The notes: generated by a model from the letters alone, not told the origin. A stretch of 64,000 nt of DNA from Geosiphon pyriformis uo1 (GCA_016748015.1 JAAOMT010000703.1:248001-312000), one strand, 5' to 3'; counted from the stretch's first letter, positions 1 to 15,200 are shown. Numbers and translations: made by a program.

Positions 1-1171
1 CAACAATAATTCTAACTCCATTTATAATAGCAATTACAATAACAATAATTCAAACTTCAATAAAAACTTTGAACAATATTTTGCACTTTCAAATCTTTCA
101 CAGAAGCAAAAACTTAAATAGTTTAGTAATAATAATGAGGATATTATATCAAAACACATGCATAATAACAACACAAAATTTAATCTCAAATATTCAGGAA
201 AAACTGCCATCAAATTAGAATCTTACTTGCATATCAGTATAGATTTAAGAGATTTTGATGGAGTTTAATATTGAAGGAGAAGATAATATTACTCATAAAA
301 AAAGTACAAAAAAAGAAAGTAAGAAAAACAGATAAAAAAATAGACCAATAGAAGAATAGTATTTAGTAAAAGAACACAAGATTAAAAAATTATAATACAT
401 TACTTAGCAATAAACACATTGTTAATAAATTATAGCATACTGTTCAACAATAAGCATATTATCAGAAAATTATAATATATTGCTTAAAAAAACGCAAGAT
501 CTTGTATAATATAAATTATATATATAGCAAAAGTATTAAAAACAGAAAAAATAATTTCCAGAGAATTCAATAAAGTTTATATTAATTTAAAATCATACCT
601 CTTTTTTTAAAAAATAGTTTTTTACAACTTAAAATACAATTATTCCCATAATAATAAAATTATCTATTATTATTAAATCTATGTTATTATTATTTAATTA
701 AAAATATTAATTACTTTTTATTCTATCAACACTCTATGTTAATAAAATCCAACATTTAACCACACTAGACTAATAGCTCTTGATCATGGCTATTAATAAG
801 ATATTGATTTCTTATTTTCTTTTATTTTTTTTATTTTTTTTTATTTTGTTTTGTTGTTTTACTAATTGATTAAAGAAATTAAAACACTGAATATTTAATG
901 TCAAAGATAGCTTGGTAAAAAACCCAGAAATAAGAGTAAAAATTTAAAAATAGCTTACCAGAAGGATATAACTGTCAAATTAAACTGATCACCATGTTGA
1001 AGAAAAAAATTCATGAAAAAAACCATCAATTGAATCTTTGTTTATTATACAAAGAACTCAATCAAAATTTTCAAACTCTAAAACCTTCAAAAATTACCAA
1101 TTATATCAACTATTAAGTACCAAATTATGGATTTGTTATTTGTTTTAACACTCTAATAATCATCTATAACA
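1..1171 (+). mobile_element. Element G: 3' end of an internally deleted Gypsy LTR element (dUTPase family), cut by the window start
   Basis: 1-250 is the degenerate Asn-rich linker and dUTPase N-terminus (..KYSGKTAIKLESYLHISIDL). It joins directly to the ORF3 end (DFDG..), a purine tract (gaaggagaagataa) and an LTR at 287-1171. Confidence 0.8.
287..1171 (+). repeat. 3' LTR of element G
   Basis: Starts tattactc (TG>TA) and ends ctataaca. Shares the family core taatagctcttgatcatggctatt and the U5 motif aagtaccaaattatgg. Confidence 0.85.
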
Positions 1172-1341
1172 TTAGGATTAAAATGAATAAACTTTTGTCT
1201 TTTATTTTGGCTGAGTTACAAACTGTTGCTTTGGCATTGGAGTGTGTTTTGTTTTCATGTGCTGTGGTTTTATATCTAAACAGCCAATCTGTAATTGATG
1301 TATATATATTTGAAGCTTTGTTTACTGTGCCTGATTTCCAT
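1172..1341 (+). pseudogene. LINE RNase H fragment, upstream part (continues at 48941)
   Basis: Translates LAELQTVALALECV...LNSQSVID...PDFH, homologous to the 60305-60541 ORF (MAELQAIALALKCV..LDSQSALD). The frame resumes after element D. Confidence 0.8.
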
Positions 1342-2201
1342 TGTTACAAGTAATTATTTGAAGTGTAAATGCAAATAACAAATCCATAACTTGGTACTTA
1401 ATAGCTTGTTAATAATGATAATATTTAAAGATTTTGATAATTTGAAGATTTTGGTTGATCTGAAGATTTTAGTTGAGTCCTTTATATAATGGACAGAGAT
1501 TCAATAGTTGTTTCAGTATTTTTTTAGAAGTTTATTCTATGAATTTTTTTTTTAGTATGGTTAATTTATTTTAACAGTTATGCTCTTTTAGTAAACTATT
1601 CTCAATTTTATAAGTTTTCTATTTTTGTTTCATGGGTTTTTTACCAAGCTATCCTTAACATTAAAATTATTTAGTGCTTAATCTTTTTAATCAGTTAGTA
1701 AATTAACAACACAAAATAAAAAAAAATAAAAAAAAAATAAGAAATTAATATCTTATTAATAGTCATAATCAAGAACTATTGGTTCAGTATAGTTAAGTAT
1801 TGAATTTTATCAACACTCCATATTGATAGAATAGAAGTGATTTAATATTTCTTAATCAAATAACAATAATATAAATTTAGATAATAATTGATATTTTTTA
1901 TTGATATGTAATTTGATTCCATTTCAAGTCATAGAAAACTACTTTTAAAAAGAGAAGTATTGGATAATTAATTGATTGTAAATATTGATTTTAAACTAAA
2001 TTCTGTCTTTTTTTGCTTTTAATACTCTTGCTATATATATATAATTACTGTTATACAAGATTCCTTGAATTTTTTTAATTTTTTTAGTCTGAAATCCTGT
2101 AATTCTTTGAAAAAAATCCTGAAATTTCTTTTTTACTATGCTTATTTCTAATTAACTATTTTATATCTTTATTAAGAATTCTTAAATTTTTATAAATAAA
2201 A
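1342..2201 (-). repeat. 3' LTR of element D
   Basis: Starts tgttacaag on +, followed by the complement of the polypurine tract (PPT; ttattttttttctttt). Aligns with 48064-48936. Confidence 0.85.
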
Positions 2202-5200
2202 TTATTTTTTTCTTTTAATATTAAGTTTTATTGAAATTTTCTAAATTTTTTAATTTTTTTTCTTGAATTAAATCTCTAACTTTTTTTTCAAAAATTACTT
2301 GAAAAATTTTGATTTGTAATTTTTTGAATTGGGCATTAATAATTTTTCTCAATTGGTTAATAATTACTGTGTTTATTGTTAAATAAAATAGTATTTTTGG
2401 TTGGTCTTAAAATTCTGTTTGTAACTAGTATATGGCTTGTGTTTATGTAAATAAGTTGTTTTTTTTCACAAACTGTTCAAATTAATACAATATTGTTGTG
2501 TTAAATAATTGCTTTGTTTTGTCAGTATACAAGTTCTAAATATTGAGTTTTTGTTCCAAGTAGTAATAACAAAAGATTCTTAAAAATTGTTGTATCTATT
2601 ATTTTTAGTTTTTTTCTATTAATTCTTTATATAATATTGTTGTTTTGGATGTTTCTACTGATAATTTTTACTTTTGTTAGTATATTATTTACTATGTTTT
2701 TCGATTTTTTATGTACTTTATATTGGTGTTTTGGCTTTTTTTTTCTATTTTTGTACTGAATGATTTGTTAATTAATTGTAATTTTCATGTTCAATTGTTA
2801 GTATTAGATTAGTTGAAATAGTTGTTGTATAAGTAAGTAGATGTTGTTAGTAATTTCCATTTTTTGTTTTTGCTTTTATTATATATATTAGTTCTTATAT
2901 ATCTTTTTGCTATTTTAATTTAATATGTTTATGTTAATAATTATAATTGGTTTTAGATCTTGTGAAATCTTATTTGGTTGGACTAATATTTGTTATACTC
3001 TCAGTTGTGAAATATTATTGGTAAATAATAATAATATATTGTAATATGATTTTAGTTGATCTTTATGTATTGCTTTAGCTAAAATTTTGTTGTTTTATCT
3101 TAATTTATAAGCTTTATTTTCTAGAATTTTTTTAATGTAAAATGGTCTGTCCTATTTGGAGTCAAATTTTTTACTTCATTGTTTTTTTACTTTAGTACAA
3201 TATAAGAGTACTTTGTTTCCAATTCTAAATTTAACTGATTTATCTAGTAATTGATTATTATGTCATTTTTTTTGTTTTTTTTTGTAATTTTTAGATATTA
3301 TTAACTGTTTTTTGCTTTTTGTTTTTTAATGTTTTTATTAAGTTATATGTTCTTTTCAGCAATGTTTTTTGGAAGTTGGCTTCTGTTATTGGTTCAATTG
3401 GATCTGTGTTGATATCTATTTCAACTGGTAATATTGCTGTTCTATTATAAACTAATTTAAATAGTATATAATATCTTGCTTCATTGTCCTATAAGCAAAT
3501 AATATTGATGATATAAACACATCTTATTTATTCTGGTTTTTTTGAGTAATTTTGGCTATTGCTTTATACAATATTCTATTGAATCTTTTGACTAAACCAT
3601 TTATTTGTAGATAATATGATGATAATAATAGTTTTTTGATTTCAAATTTTTAACTTAATTCTGTTAATGTTCTGTTTACAAAGTGAGTTTTTTGATTTGA
3701 TAAAAATTTTTTTGGGTATCTATACTGATAAATCAAATCTTGGTGAACAAATTTGGCTATGAATTCTGCATCTGTTTTTTGAATTACTTTTGCTTCTGGC
3801 TATTTTGTAAAATAGTTCATAGCTATTACTATATAATAATTGTCTTTACTAGTTATTGTTAATAGTTTAACTAAGTCAATTTCAATTTAATCAAATAGTT
3901 GTTCCACTTTAATTGGTTTTAGTGGTTTACTGGATTTTGTTTCTTCTTTTTTCTAATAAGCATTACAATTTTGAACATATTGAATAATGTCTAGATATAT
4001 GAATAATTAATAGTATTTTTTCTGGTTTTTTTTATGATTGCTTTTTTATAAAAATGTTCTGCTGTTGAATCTAAATACATGTTAAATAGTATTGTTTTTT
4101 TTTCTGGTTTTGTGATTACTTTGAATGGCTGATCTGAGTATTTTTTGTTTTTTTGATATAATATATCTTAATAAGTAATAAAATATTTTGCTTGTTGTTT
4201 TATTTTTTTTGAGATAATTTCTCCTTAAACAGCTGAGTATTAATATAATGTTGAAGTTGTTAATATTTTTGTGTATTCATTTTTTGTTATATTTTTAAGT
4301 TGAAATGTTCTTAGATTTGTTTCATTCATAACAAACTGTTGGCATTTCCATTTTTTTTTTTTTTTTTTATAATGTACTGTATAATTAAATAGTGAAAGCT
4401 TTATTTTCCATCTCATATGGTAATTGTCTCCGAATTTTTGTTTCTGGATTAAAGTCAATTCTTTATGATCAGTATATATGTCAAACTTCTGGCTCAAATA
4501 TTTCTTCTATTTAATGACTGCCCAATAAATAGCTAAGTATTCTAGTGTTAGTATTCCATAGTTTTTTTTGCTGAACTTAAACTTTGGCTGGCATATGCTA
4601 TTGGATGTTTTTTTCCATTTGGTTCTTTCTAAGATAGTACAGCTCCTAATGTTTAATCTGATGTATTGGTAGTAATGATGAATGGTTTGTTGTAATCTGA
4701 ATAGATTAGTACTGGTGCTTGGATAAGTTTTTTTTACAATATATTAAAAGCTTCTTGCCAGATTTCTGTCCACTTATATTTAATATTTTTGGTTTGAAGC
4801 TAGTGAAGTGGTTGAGCCAATTTGGAAAAACTTTAATGAAGTGGCAGTAGTAATCTGCAAATTCCAAGAATGCTCTTAGTTCTGTCAAGTTGGTTGGTAC
4901 TAGAAAGTTTTTGATTATTTCAATTTTGTTTGAATTCATTTTGATGCTATTTTTGCTTATAATATATCCTAAAAATTTCAATTCTGTTTTGCCAAAAAAG
5001 CACTTGGTTGCATTCAGTTTTAATCCTGTCTTTTTCAATCTTTTAAACATCTGTTGAAGATAATGTAGATAATCATCAAATGTTTTTGAAAACACATTGG
5101 TGTTATCCAGATAAACAACTACTGATTTCTATAATAATTTCATATAAACAATTTTCATAAACTATTAAAATGTGGCTGGAGTGTTCATCAAGCCAAATGG

Positions 5201-8200
5201 CATTACTTCAAATTCGAAATTCTTTTTTCTAATAATGAATGTGGTTTTTTTTTTGTTGGCTAAATTTATGGCTACTTGCCAATAACTACTATTTAAATTC
5301 AGTGTTAAGAACTATTTCTTTTTTCTAAAAGTGTTGAATAATTCTTGAATTTGTAAAGTTAAATAACTGTTTTCATGAGTTACTCTATTGAGTTTTTTGT
5401 AATCCATACAAAAGTGGATCTTTCCATTTTTTTTTCAGACTAGTACCACTGGTAATAACCATGGACTCATTAATGATTAAATTAACCCATTGTCTAACAT
5501 TCAATTGATTTCTTGTTAGATAATTTCATGGCTTGCTGGTGGTATTCAGTATGCTCTTTGTTTAATTGGCATTGTATTTCCAGTCTTAATCTAATGTTGA
5601 ATAATGTCTATTCTGCTAAATTTATTTTTACTAATGAAGATATAGTTGAAGTTGTTAAGTAATATCTTAAGCTGTATATATTATAGTGGATCTAAATTTT
5701 TCAAGTTCATCTGTTTTAATTGTTTAGGTTGAAGCAGATAACATTTTTTTTGTCTATATATTGTTTGTAATGTAATATTCACATATTCACACAGTTGTAA
5801 AAAGTCTGGAATGAGATTTGGTGGTTGTTCTTCAATTTCAATGCTTAAATATTCAATGATAGTTTCTTTTGGTATTTTAATAACATCTCTTGTTGTGTTG
5901 TAGATGGAAATTTTAATATGATTCTTGTTTTTGGTTGGTATGTAAAGATTGATAAGCCCAATTTCTTCTGATTTGTAAATAGTTGATTCCACTTCAAAAA
6001 TCTGTGTCTGATTCTTCACTTTTCTTTCCAATACTAACATATATTTATTATATAGTGGAATAAAATTTAATTAATGAATGGAAATAATTTCTTTTTTGTC
6101 AACAATTTTTTTCTCTGCCATATTAACTAGTACATTTATTCTATCCATAGATCCAAATCTACTTATTTTCCTAGTTGTAATCCCTAATTTTTTTTTCTCA
6201 TTGATACTAACTGAGCTATTTTAATTAGAAGCAAAAATATCATTTGTGCTATCTTTTTGTTTGGCTCTATAATATAGGTTTTTTCTGAGTCATTTTGTAG
6301 CATTGCAATAATATTTCCCACATATTTGGCATCAATTATTTCTTCTTTAATATTAATCTCTTTTTTTGCTAAACTACTCCTTAATGCTAGTTGAACTATT
6401 GTTGTTGCTGGAATTTCCAATGCTACTTTCAAATCAATACAAATGCGTAAATGTGGTTCCAATTTAATGATATCTTTTTCAAGATATCTTAGATCAAACT
6501 CTGTATTAGTATCATGTACATGTTTTGGCATAATACTTTCATCATTATTTCTGAACTATTTGAGTTTTTGCTTCTTGAAAAGATCAAGAAGTGCAATGTA
6601 TTGTTTTGGGTTTGAATCATTGTTGTTGTTACTATTATTTTGAATGAAACTGAAATCTTTGTTGTTATTGTTATTGTTGGAGTTTTAATCAGGATTGAAT
6701 ATTGATTCTGATTCCAATGCACAATTGCTAATTGGTTTCTCATTTTTGGGGATCATGTAGATTATGTGTATCAGTAAATTGTAAATAAGATCACACTTAT
6801 TACAATATTGGAAGTCATATAAGATTAAATAGTAGTTAGATAGTCAAGTGTTTATCTGTTCTAATTATTGCTCTTGTTCAGCTTGAGTGGGTGCCAAGTT
6901 TTGATAATATTCATGGAATTTTTCTGGGCCAGTTTTTATATTCAGAAAAACATCTGGGTTGAGAATCAAAATAATGTTGACTGGTTTTGGTGGGTTGTTT
7001 TTGATCTCTAATATTTCACTAGACAAAGCACCTTTAATTTTGGCATTGGCTATTCACCAGATTTTGTTCTCGTTATGTAAGTAACTGTCCAAGCACAAGA
7101 GTACTCAGTTCTATGCTGTGTTAATAAGTGTTTCTTAGCTTACCCAGTTGCTAATAAGGATTGTGTATTGACATAAAGTGTTACATGTTTTTTCTTGGCC
7201 AGAAATGTCATTTTACATTCCTTTATCAAGTAGAGTTTCCCCACAAGCAAAACATAGTTTATTGTTCCACTTTCCTTGTCATTTTGGATATCTGTAATGT
7301 TTTCTATGGTACAGCTTACAATAGTAGTGTGTGCATGTTCAATAGTCTTTGTTTAATGCAATCTATGCTCCTATGAAGGACAGCCTTTTTTTGCAATCCT
7401 TGTATTTGAGTAGAATGTGTGGTGGTTTCTTGATGGGTTCATGTGAATAGGATCTTTCTCAGCCACTAGTTATTTCCTCTGTGGCTGTGGTTTCTTTGGG
7501 TTTATCTTCTTTTTTCTTTTTTCTCTTGTCATTTCAAGAAAGTACTAGTGGCAGTTTGTTGTAGTCAGTATTAGTCCATGAGACTTAATAAGCTTTCTAA
7601 ATAGGTTTTTTTTTCTTCTTCCAACTTGATTAATGGTTACTTTTTTGCAGAATCTCTAAAATAACCACAAATGACAAGTATGTAAGTATGTTGACTATCA
7701 AAAGTCAACTGAAATTCTTGTGTGTTCCAGTTAAAAACAACATTGGTTTTGGACAGCCAATTATTACCAATAAGAGCTTGGTATTGAATGGCTTCCATTA
7801 CTAATACTTTGATGAGTGTGATAATGCCATTGACTTTAAAAGGAAAGTCATTGAGTTTGCTGATTGGAGTTTTGATGGCTCTATTAGCTGTAATAATTCT
7901 GTTACTAATAGTGCAATCAACTCAATAATCTAATTGGTCTATGAGTTGTTGAATGATAATGCTGTCTGCTGACCCACTATTAAGGATCAGTTTAATAGAC
8001 TGACTATTGACTTTAGCATTAGTATACATTGTGATAATAGGTTTGGTGTTAAGAGCAGTTCCACTAAAAAGTGGCATTGTTGATTCCTTAAGTTTGAAGG
8101 AAAAAATAACTGCCAGTAATTTATTTTCAGTAATAGTTGTTGAAGATATATTATTGATAAGTGGCTTTTGGTTGGCTTCTAGATTGTTGAATATGGCATC

Positions 8201-8410
8201 TTCTAAGATAACCAGGAGACTTAAATAGTTCTGGGAATTCAGATTTTAAATATATTTAGTTCTCAAACTTCACTGTTGTGACCCTGATAATTGAATTAAA
8301 GAACTAGGAATTGGTTGGTATATAACCATCACTGATCTCCAGTTTTGTTGAATATGAGTGACTCTTGGCTTTTGAGTTTCAGTAATTAATTAAGCTGAGT
8401 TTAATGGTAA
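2202..8410 (-). pseudogene. Decayed ORF3-IN-RNaseH-RT-dUTPase-PR region (element A/D hybrid)
   Basis: ORF fragments: RT (MFSKTFDDYLHYLQQMFKRLKKTGLKLN..), RNase H (FDIYTDHK), dUTPase (FDLRY..RSSL..IIDAKYVG..KIAQ). Collinear with element C. Confidence 0.85.
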
Positions 8411-9160
8411 TATTACAGTTGAAACCTATACATATTATTAATTATTACATGTATTAGCCACTAATGTCACATAATTAGCCACTCTATTTTTAGATAATGA
8501 TCATTAATCTGATCATTGATTTAACTATTAACTTAATCATTGACCTGATCATTAACTTAATCAATGATCTGATCATTGACCTGATTATTAACCTAATCAT
8601 TGATCTAGTCATTAACCTGATCATTAACTATTTTTAATAGCTATATAAGCGATGAATCTTTTAGCTGTAAAAAAGCATATAAAAATAAAAGAAAGAAAAT
8701 AAATAAAATAACAACTTTCATCTTAATTATTCTCTTATTACTAATTTTCTTTTTCCTATCTTCAAGTATCTGAACATCTTAAGATAAAAAATTACTTGTT
8801 GGTTATTCCCTACCTTTTTCTGAAACATGTAATTACAGCATTTGAAGATTATTGAATAAAACATAACTGAAAAGTACATCTAATACCTAATATTGAATTC
8901 TAAAAGTACTAATATAAGACATAGAATTATACCAGTGTATAATCATTTGTTGACAATACAGACTATCTCTCTACCTTCAGATTTTCTGGTTATCTTTTGA
9001 AAAATATAGCAACTGAGATATTTTATGAAACTGATCTTACACATTGAATTCATACTTATTCAATTCGTTCTTTAAAGTTGAATTCCTTTTGATTCTTTTT
9101 ATTACTCTACAATCCTGTTTTCTCTTGCTATCTGTTAGCTTGTTATTCCAACCCATAACA
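8411..9160 (+). repeat. 5' LTR of E, with about 11 copies of a 12-bp unit (TGATCATTGACC)
   Basis: tattacagttgaaacc...cccataaca; tandem array at about 8497-8630. Confidence 0.88.
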
Positions 9161-9212
9161 TAAAAGTGGTGCTTACTATAAGATTGTCAAAATCCACTTT
9201 GTTTCTTATTGT

Positions 9213-12200
9213 ATGGGTGATTATTTATATTTGCTACAACAATCAGAAAAATACTTTGAAGTACACAACAAAAATAATCTAGACTTTATTGAACTTAATT
9301 CTTTGCTCTTCTGTTTGATTTGCTTCCCCATTGAAGAACAATCCAGCAGACAATTCCAAGACTTTTGGAACTGGTTCCTGAATAAGCATTCAGCTGAAAC
9401 CTACACAGCTTATACAACCTATTACTTTGACCAAACTTATCTTGAAAACAACTTTAAAAAAAAAACAACAGCATCAATCAACTTTTATATTTCACAACCT
9501 TTAAACAACAGCCTCCTGATTCTGAATATCTAAATCACCAAATTCACATTTGAATTGCTGTCCATTAGTTAGCTAAAACACTCTTTGAAACAGAAAAAAA
9601 AAGCTATTAAACCATTCCTGTTTTTAATCTTTTTTCAAGTGAATTAAAACATTCTACACAAACAGCTACTTTTGAACCAATAACTAATAATCCCATGCAA
9701 CAAAACATTCTGATCACTTTCCAGAGCATACAAACTGCTTTAGAATGAAAAAATAATATACCATTACTTTTATTCAGAGGTAATGCACAAAACCCAATTG
9801 AATAACTAAATGACTTTAAAAGAACTGCTACAGTCAACCAATATAATAATAAATACAAGTTCCAAATTATTGGTGGCTATCTTTAAGGCTCTTTTACTAC
9901 TTGGTTCTTACAAAAAACCAATAGATAGACACCAACAAATACTGAAGAAAAAAATACCTCTTTTACTACTCACTTTGAAAATAAATTCAGAACTTTTATC
10001 CTAATTTCTAAATGGCACATGTAACTAGAAAAAAAAACCCAAGGTCTTGGTAAAGTGGTAATTGAATATGCCAAAGTCATCAAAAAATTAATTAAAAGAA
10101 TAGGCTCTGAAAAAAACTGGACAGAAGAACAAAAAATTTATTCCTTTACAAAAGGATTAAAAACAGATCTGTTATATGCTCTTTGGTTTCTTCTGGCCTT
10201 AAAAAATAATCTCACAATAGATATAGTTATTGAACTTGTCCAGAGAATAGAAAATAACCAAAAAATGCATCTGGAATCCATCTTTCCAGTTTTTGCTTCT
10301 GCTCTACAAATGGCTGCCATCTCTTTTGTCACCCAAACTCAAGATCCCAATAAACAGTTGATAGATAAACTTACAGCAAATTTTGCTTGACTATTAGAAC
10401 CATTAGCCCAAACAGTCAGAGACAACCAGCAATCACAAAGACCTAGATTTGAACCATATTTCAATCAGTTTTAACAGCCTTCTTACCAAAGACAGCAAAA
10501 TTGTGGCCCATTTGTATACTACTGCTGTAGATTAACTAGACATTTTTCAAGAGATTGCAACAATTCTCTTTTGCCACCTCCAGCTCCTAAAAACAATAAT
10601 AATTAAAACAATAGAATTATCAACAACAATGCCTCCAATCAAAGACCCAATCATGCCAACATCAATTTCTTTGGAGAGGATTTCCTAGTCGAAGCTACTG
10701 TTTATCAGTCTTTAAACTGATAGACATATCTCCAAAGGGTGAAAGTGCAAGCCAATCAGAAGAAAACCCTTTTTTTACCTTTAACTTAACTGATGATAAC
10801 CATAATATGGATGAACTGGCAATTAACTTTTCTGACTTAACAAGAAAGAAGAAGAAAGCCAAAATTGATTTAATTTTAAATCCCAACAAAGCCTCAACTT
10901 TCACTGCTGATAACAATAAACCAACAAAAGCTAAAGTTTTTAAAAATCCTCCAAAATTGGAACCCCTGAAAATTGTACAAAAATCTGAACTTTATTCTGT
11001 TGTGAAAAATCTTATAGAAATCCCAGCACATATCACTTTTGACCAGTTAATAACTCATCTACAGTTTAGAAAAAATTTTTGCAAATCATTGATTCCAAAG
11101 AAGAAGATACCAAAAACCAATAAGTGCTTTTGCCAAGCTAAACTTGCTAACAACAGCAATATTACTTCTCTAATTTGCAAAGCCCAAGTAGCTGGTTATT
11201 TTATTGATCTGATTTTAGACAGTAGATTATCTGTTAATATTATTGCCAAATATTTCTTTGAAGTGATTGACAGAAAGATTAATGAATCTTCAACTAGACC
11301 AATGACCAATATACATAGTAACAAAAAAAAATCTGGGCATAGCCAAAGCTGTTTTTGTTTGCATTAATAGTATCACTATTAAAACTAACATAAAAGTATC
11401 TGAAACAAAAAAGTACACCATAATTGTTGGCAATGAGTGGCTTAAGAAAACCAAAGCACTACTTGACTATGAACTTTGTGAATTAACTATCAGATGTAAT
11501 AAAAAGCCCATTGTGATTAAGTGTTATCATTAGACAACTTTTTTAGTACCCAAGTAAAACAAAAAAAAAACAGTTAAAAGAATCAAATAATAATGAGAGC
11601 AATAAAAAAAAAGATCAAAAAAAACAAGAAGAAACTGCTGAACTTACCTATACTATTTTCACCAACAATAACAAGCTACTAGACAATATTAAAGCTAACA
11701 AAAAAGAAATCATGATAAATGGCAAGCTGATTTGCTGGCTCTACTATGATATCCTCAAAAAAACCTTTGATAGAAAACCTGGCAAAAAAGCAAAATACAG
11801 TTATTGATAGCATGGCCTTTGTGCCAAGTATTAGTGCAATAAATCTTTGTATTCCTCTAGTGATAAATGCAAGTTTTGCCTAATCTATTACAAAAATTGG
11901 GAGCCAATTAGTTTAATATCCAGAAAAGAACTATAAAAAGTACAGAAGTTCTTTAAAAATAAACCACCTGAAATCCAATCACTAGTTGTAGAACAAAAAA
12001 AATCTTCTCCTGAAAAAAAAAAAGTGGATATTAAAAACTTGTTGGCTAGAAATAGCCCAGTTATCTTAAAAGAAAATGACACCCCTAGATGAACTCATGT
12101 AATACAACACATTATCACTACCAAAGAAACTTGCCCCATCTATATAAAGCCTTATCAGTTTAATCAGTACAATAATAAGTTTATTAAGAAAGAGATAATT

Positions 12201-15200
12201 CGAATGAAAAATCTTGGATTTATACAAAAAACCAAGAGTAAATGGGCTTTTTCAGTTGTAGTGGTATTCAAGAAAGGTGGAACCCTATACTTCTGTGTTG
12301 ATTACTACTAATTAAATACCATCACTATAAGAGACATATACTCACTCTTCAAAATTGATGCAATACTAGATAAATTCAATGGTACTGCTTTTTTCTCAAC
12401 TATTGACTTAACTGTTGGATTCTGGCAAGTAGAAATAGATCTGGAAAGCAAAAAAAAAACTGCCTTTATTACCAAGTATGGCACTTATGAATTCACAATT
12501 ATGTCTTTTGGTCTTATTAATGTCTTTCACACCTTTTAATGCTTAATAGACAAAGTGTTTGAATCAATAAAAAAAAACTTTGTTCTGGTCTACTTAGATG
12601 ACATAATAGTATACTCAAAAACTTGAAATGAACATCTTGAACATTTGCAAAAAGTTTTTGACTTGCTCAAAAATACTGGTCTCAAAATCAACTTAATCAA
12701 ATCTTTTTTTGAATGCCAATTCACTTAGTTTTTTGGTTACTTTATTAAAAAAATGGGATTTTTTCTGATCCAGCTAAAGTTAAAAAAGTTTAAAATATTA
12801 GACAATTAATGAATGTTCTTGAACTATGCTTTTTTCTTGGTTTGGCCTTTTATTATTACAAATTTATTAAGGATTTTTTCAAAATCGCCTTTCCTTTCAA
12901 TTAGCTATTTAGGAAAAATGTCAATTATTATTAAGACACTTATCAACAAAAAGCTTTTGAAATTCTAAAGGAAAAACTTGTTACTGAACCAATCCTTAAG
13001 CAATCTGATCTGGACCAATTTTTTATTCTCCATACTGACACATTTGGATATAAACTTAGAGTTGTTTTCTTACAAAAAAATAAAAATAACAAAAAACATG
13101 CTATAGCATATGCCAGTAGATTTTTTACACCAGCAGAAAAGAACTATTTAATAACTGACAAAAATGCTTAGCAGTAGTTTAGGCTACTAGTTACTGGGAT
13201 TAATATCTTTTTGATGTAAAATTTTTAGTGGTAACAGATCATCAAGTCTTGGTTTGGCTGTACAATAAAAAAAAGCTGAAACACAAATGAATAACTTGCT
13301 GGATACTCCACTTGAATAAATTTAATTATGATATTTAACACTACAAAGAAGCAAATCATTAAAACACCAATGTTTTCTCTAGACTTATCATTTAATAATA
13401 GTACAAGTTTTTCAAACCAATTCACTTTAATTATTAGTAACTCTCCTTTTAATAAACACAATAATGGACTTGAACAACTACTCTGTCTTAATAGAATTTT
13501 TGGGTAAAGGACAATATCCACCAGAATACACTTGACAGCAAAGAGAACATTTGCATAAACAATCAAATTTCTATTTGATCTATTAGAACCAATTATATAA
13601 AAAAAACAAAAAAGATCCTGACTATTTTCAGAGAGTTATCAGATTTGAAGAAAGAGAAATTGTAATATACAACATGCATATTGACTCATTAGCTGGACAC
13701 TTTGGAAAAACAAAAACAATTCAGAAAACTTTAGTTTGCTATTATTAGCTTATTTTGAAAAAAAACATTATTAAATACATTAAAATCTGTGACATCTGTC
13801 AAAGAAGAAGAAAACCCAATTGTAAGGAAGATATCCATCTAATTTCTGTTGGTCAACCATTTGACAGAATTGGTATAGATGTTGTTAGATCTTTAACAAT
13901 AATTCTTGATGACAACAAATACATTATTACAGCTACTGATTATCTTACAAAGTGGATAGAAACAAAAGCCATTCCAAATCAAACAGCAGTTTCAAAAGCC
14001 AATTTCATTTATAAAAATATTATTTGCCATTATGCCTGCTCCAAAGAACTTTTATTTAATAAAAAAAAGAACTTTTTTTAGTACACTGGTTGAAAAACTT
14101 TGTAGAAAAATGGGAATATGTCATAAACTTTTTTCTTCTTATTATCTTTAAACAAATGACTTAATGAAACATTTTAATAGAACACTATGTGAAACTCTAA
14201 CCAAAACCAGTAAAAAACAAACTTATAGAACAAAGTACTACTTTCAGCTTTGTTTGCTTATAGAACTGTAAATCATGACATAACAAGTTATAAACCTTTT
14301 TATCTGCTTTATGGATGCATAACAACACTACCAATAGAAACTAACATTGAGACAATACCCTTTGAAGAGATTACAATAGGAAATTACAAAGACATTTTAC
14401 AAAAAAAACTTGATACTATTCTTAACTCCTTGGTAAAAGCACAAATAATTGCTTTTGAAAAGATAAAACAGTTCTAAGAAAAGTTTAAGAAAAAAAAAAC
14501 CTATAAAACATTTTTTTTAAGTGTTAGTAACTTGATATTAGAATACTATTCAGACAGAAACAATATCTATGATGATAAATTCTCTAGTCAGTGAAAAAAA
14601 CTCTTTATAGTCAACAAAGTTTTGAACAATGGTTCTTATATTCTTCAAGATCAATTCGGAACAATCTTCAATAATCATCTTGTTCATGATACACAACTCA
14701 AGAAATATCATAAACGATCTGATTGGTTGTCTGTTGTAATAATACCAAATGATTAGCAAAAATTAAGTATAAATAAATATACCATTCTCAAAACAGAGAT
14801 ATCTTCAATTGACATGAACAATTATTTTCTGGATTAAAACATTCAAAATGTTTTCTATACTCTTCATAAGTATTGGATCAAAAACTATCTAAATGTTACT
14901 CTGATCATTAAAAAACAAACCATCATAACTGATAACAGTGGAATACATACTGTTATTAGACCAAAGAAAACCACTATCAGAAGAAAAAAAATTGGTAGCA
15001 AAATAGATAAATATCTGTTAGAAAGTATAATAGCAGCTATACTCTCACTTTCTAGCACAATTGGAAAAACAATCCAAGAAATCTTGCCCATAGACAAAAA
15101 TTTGTCATATAAAAAACAATTAAAACTCTATGGTTGTCTTGAAAAAATCATAGAGGATATAAAACTCATAAAGAAAACAACTTCAGAGATACAGGCAGAA

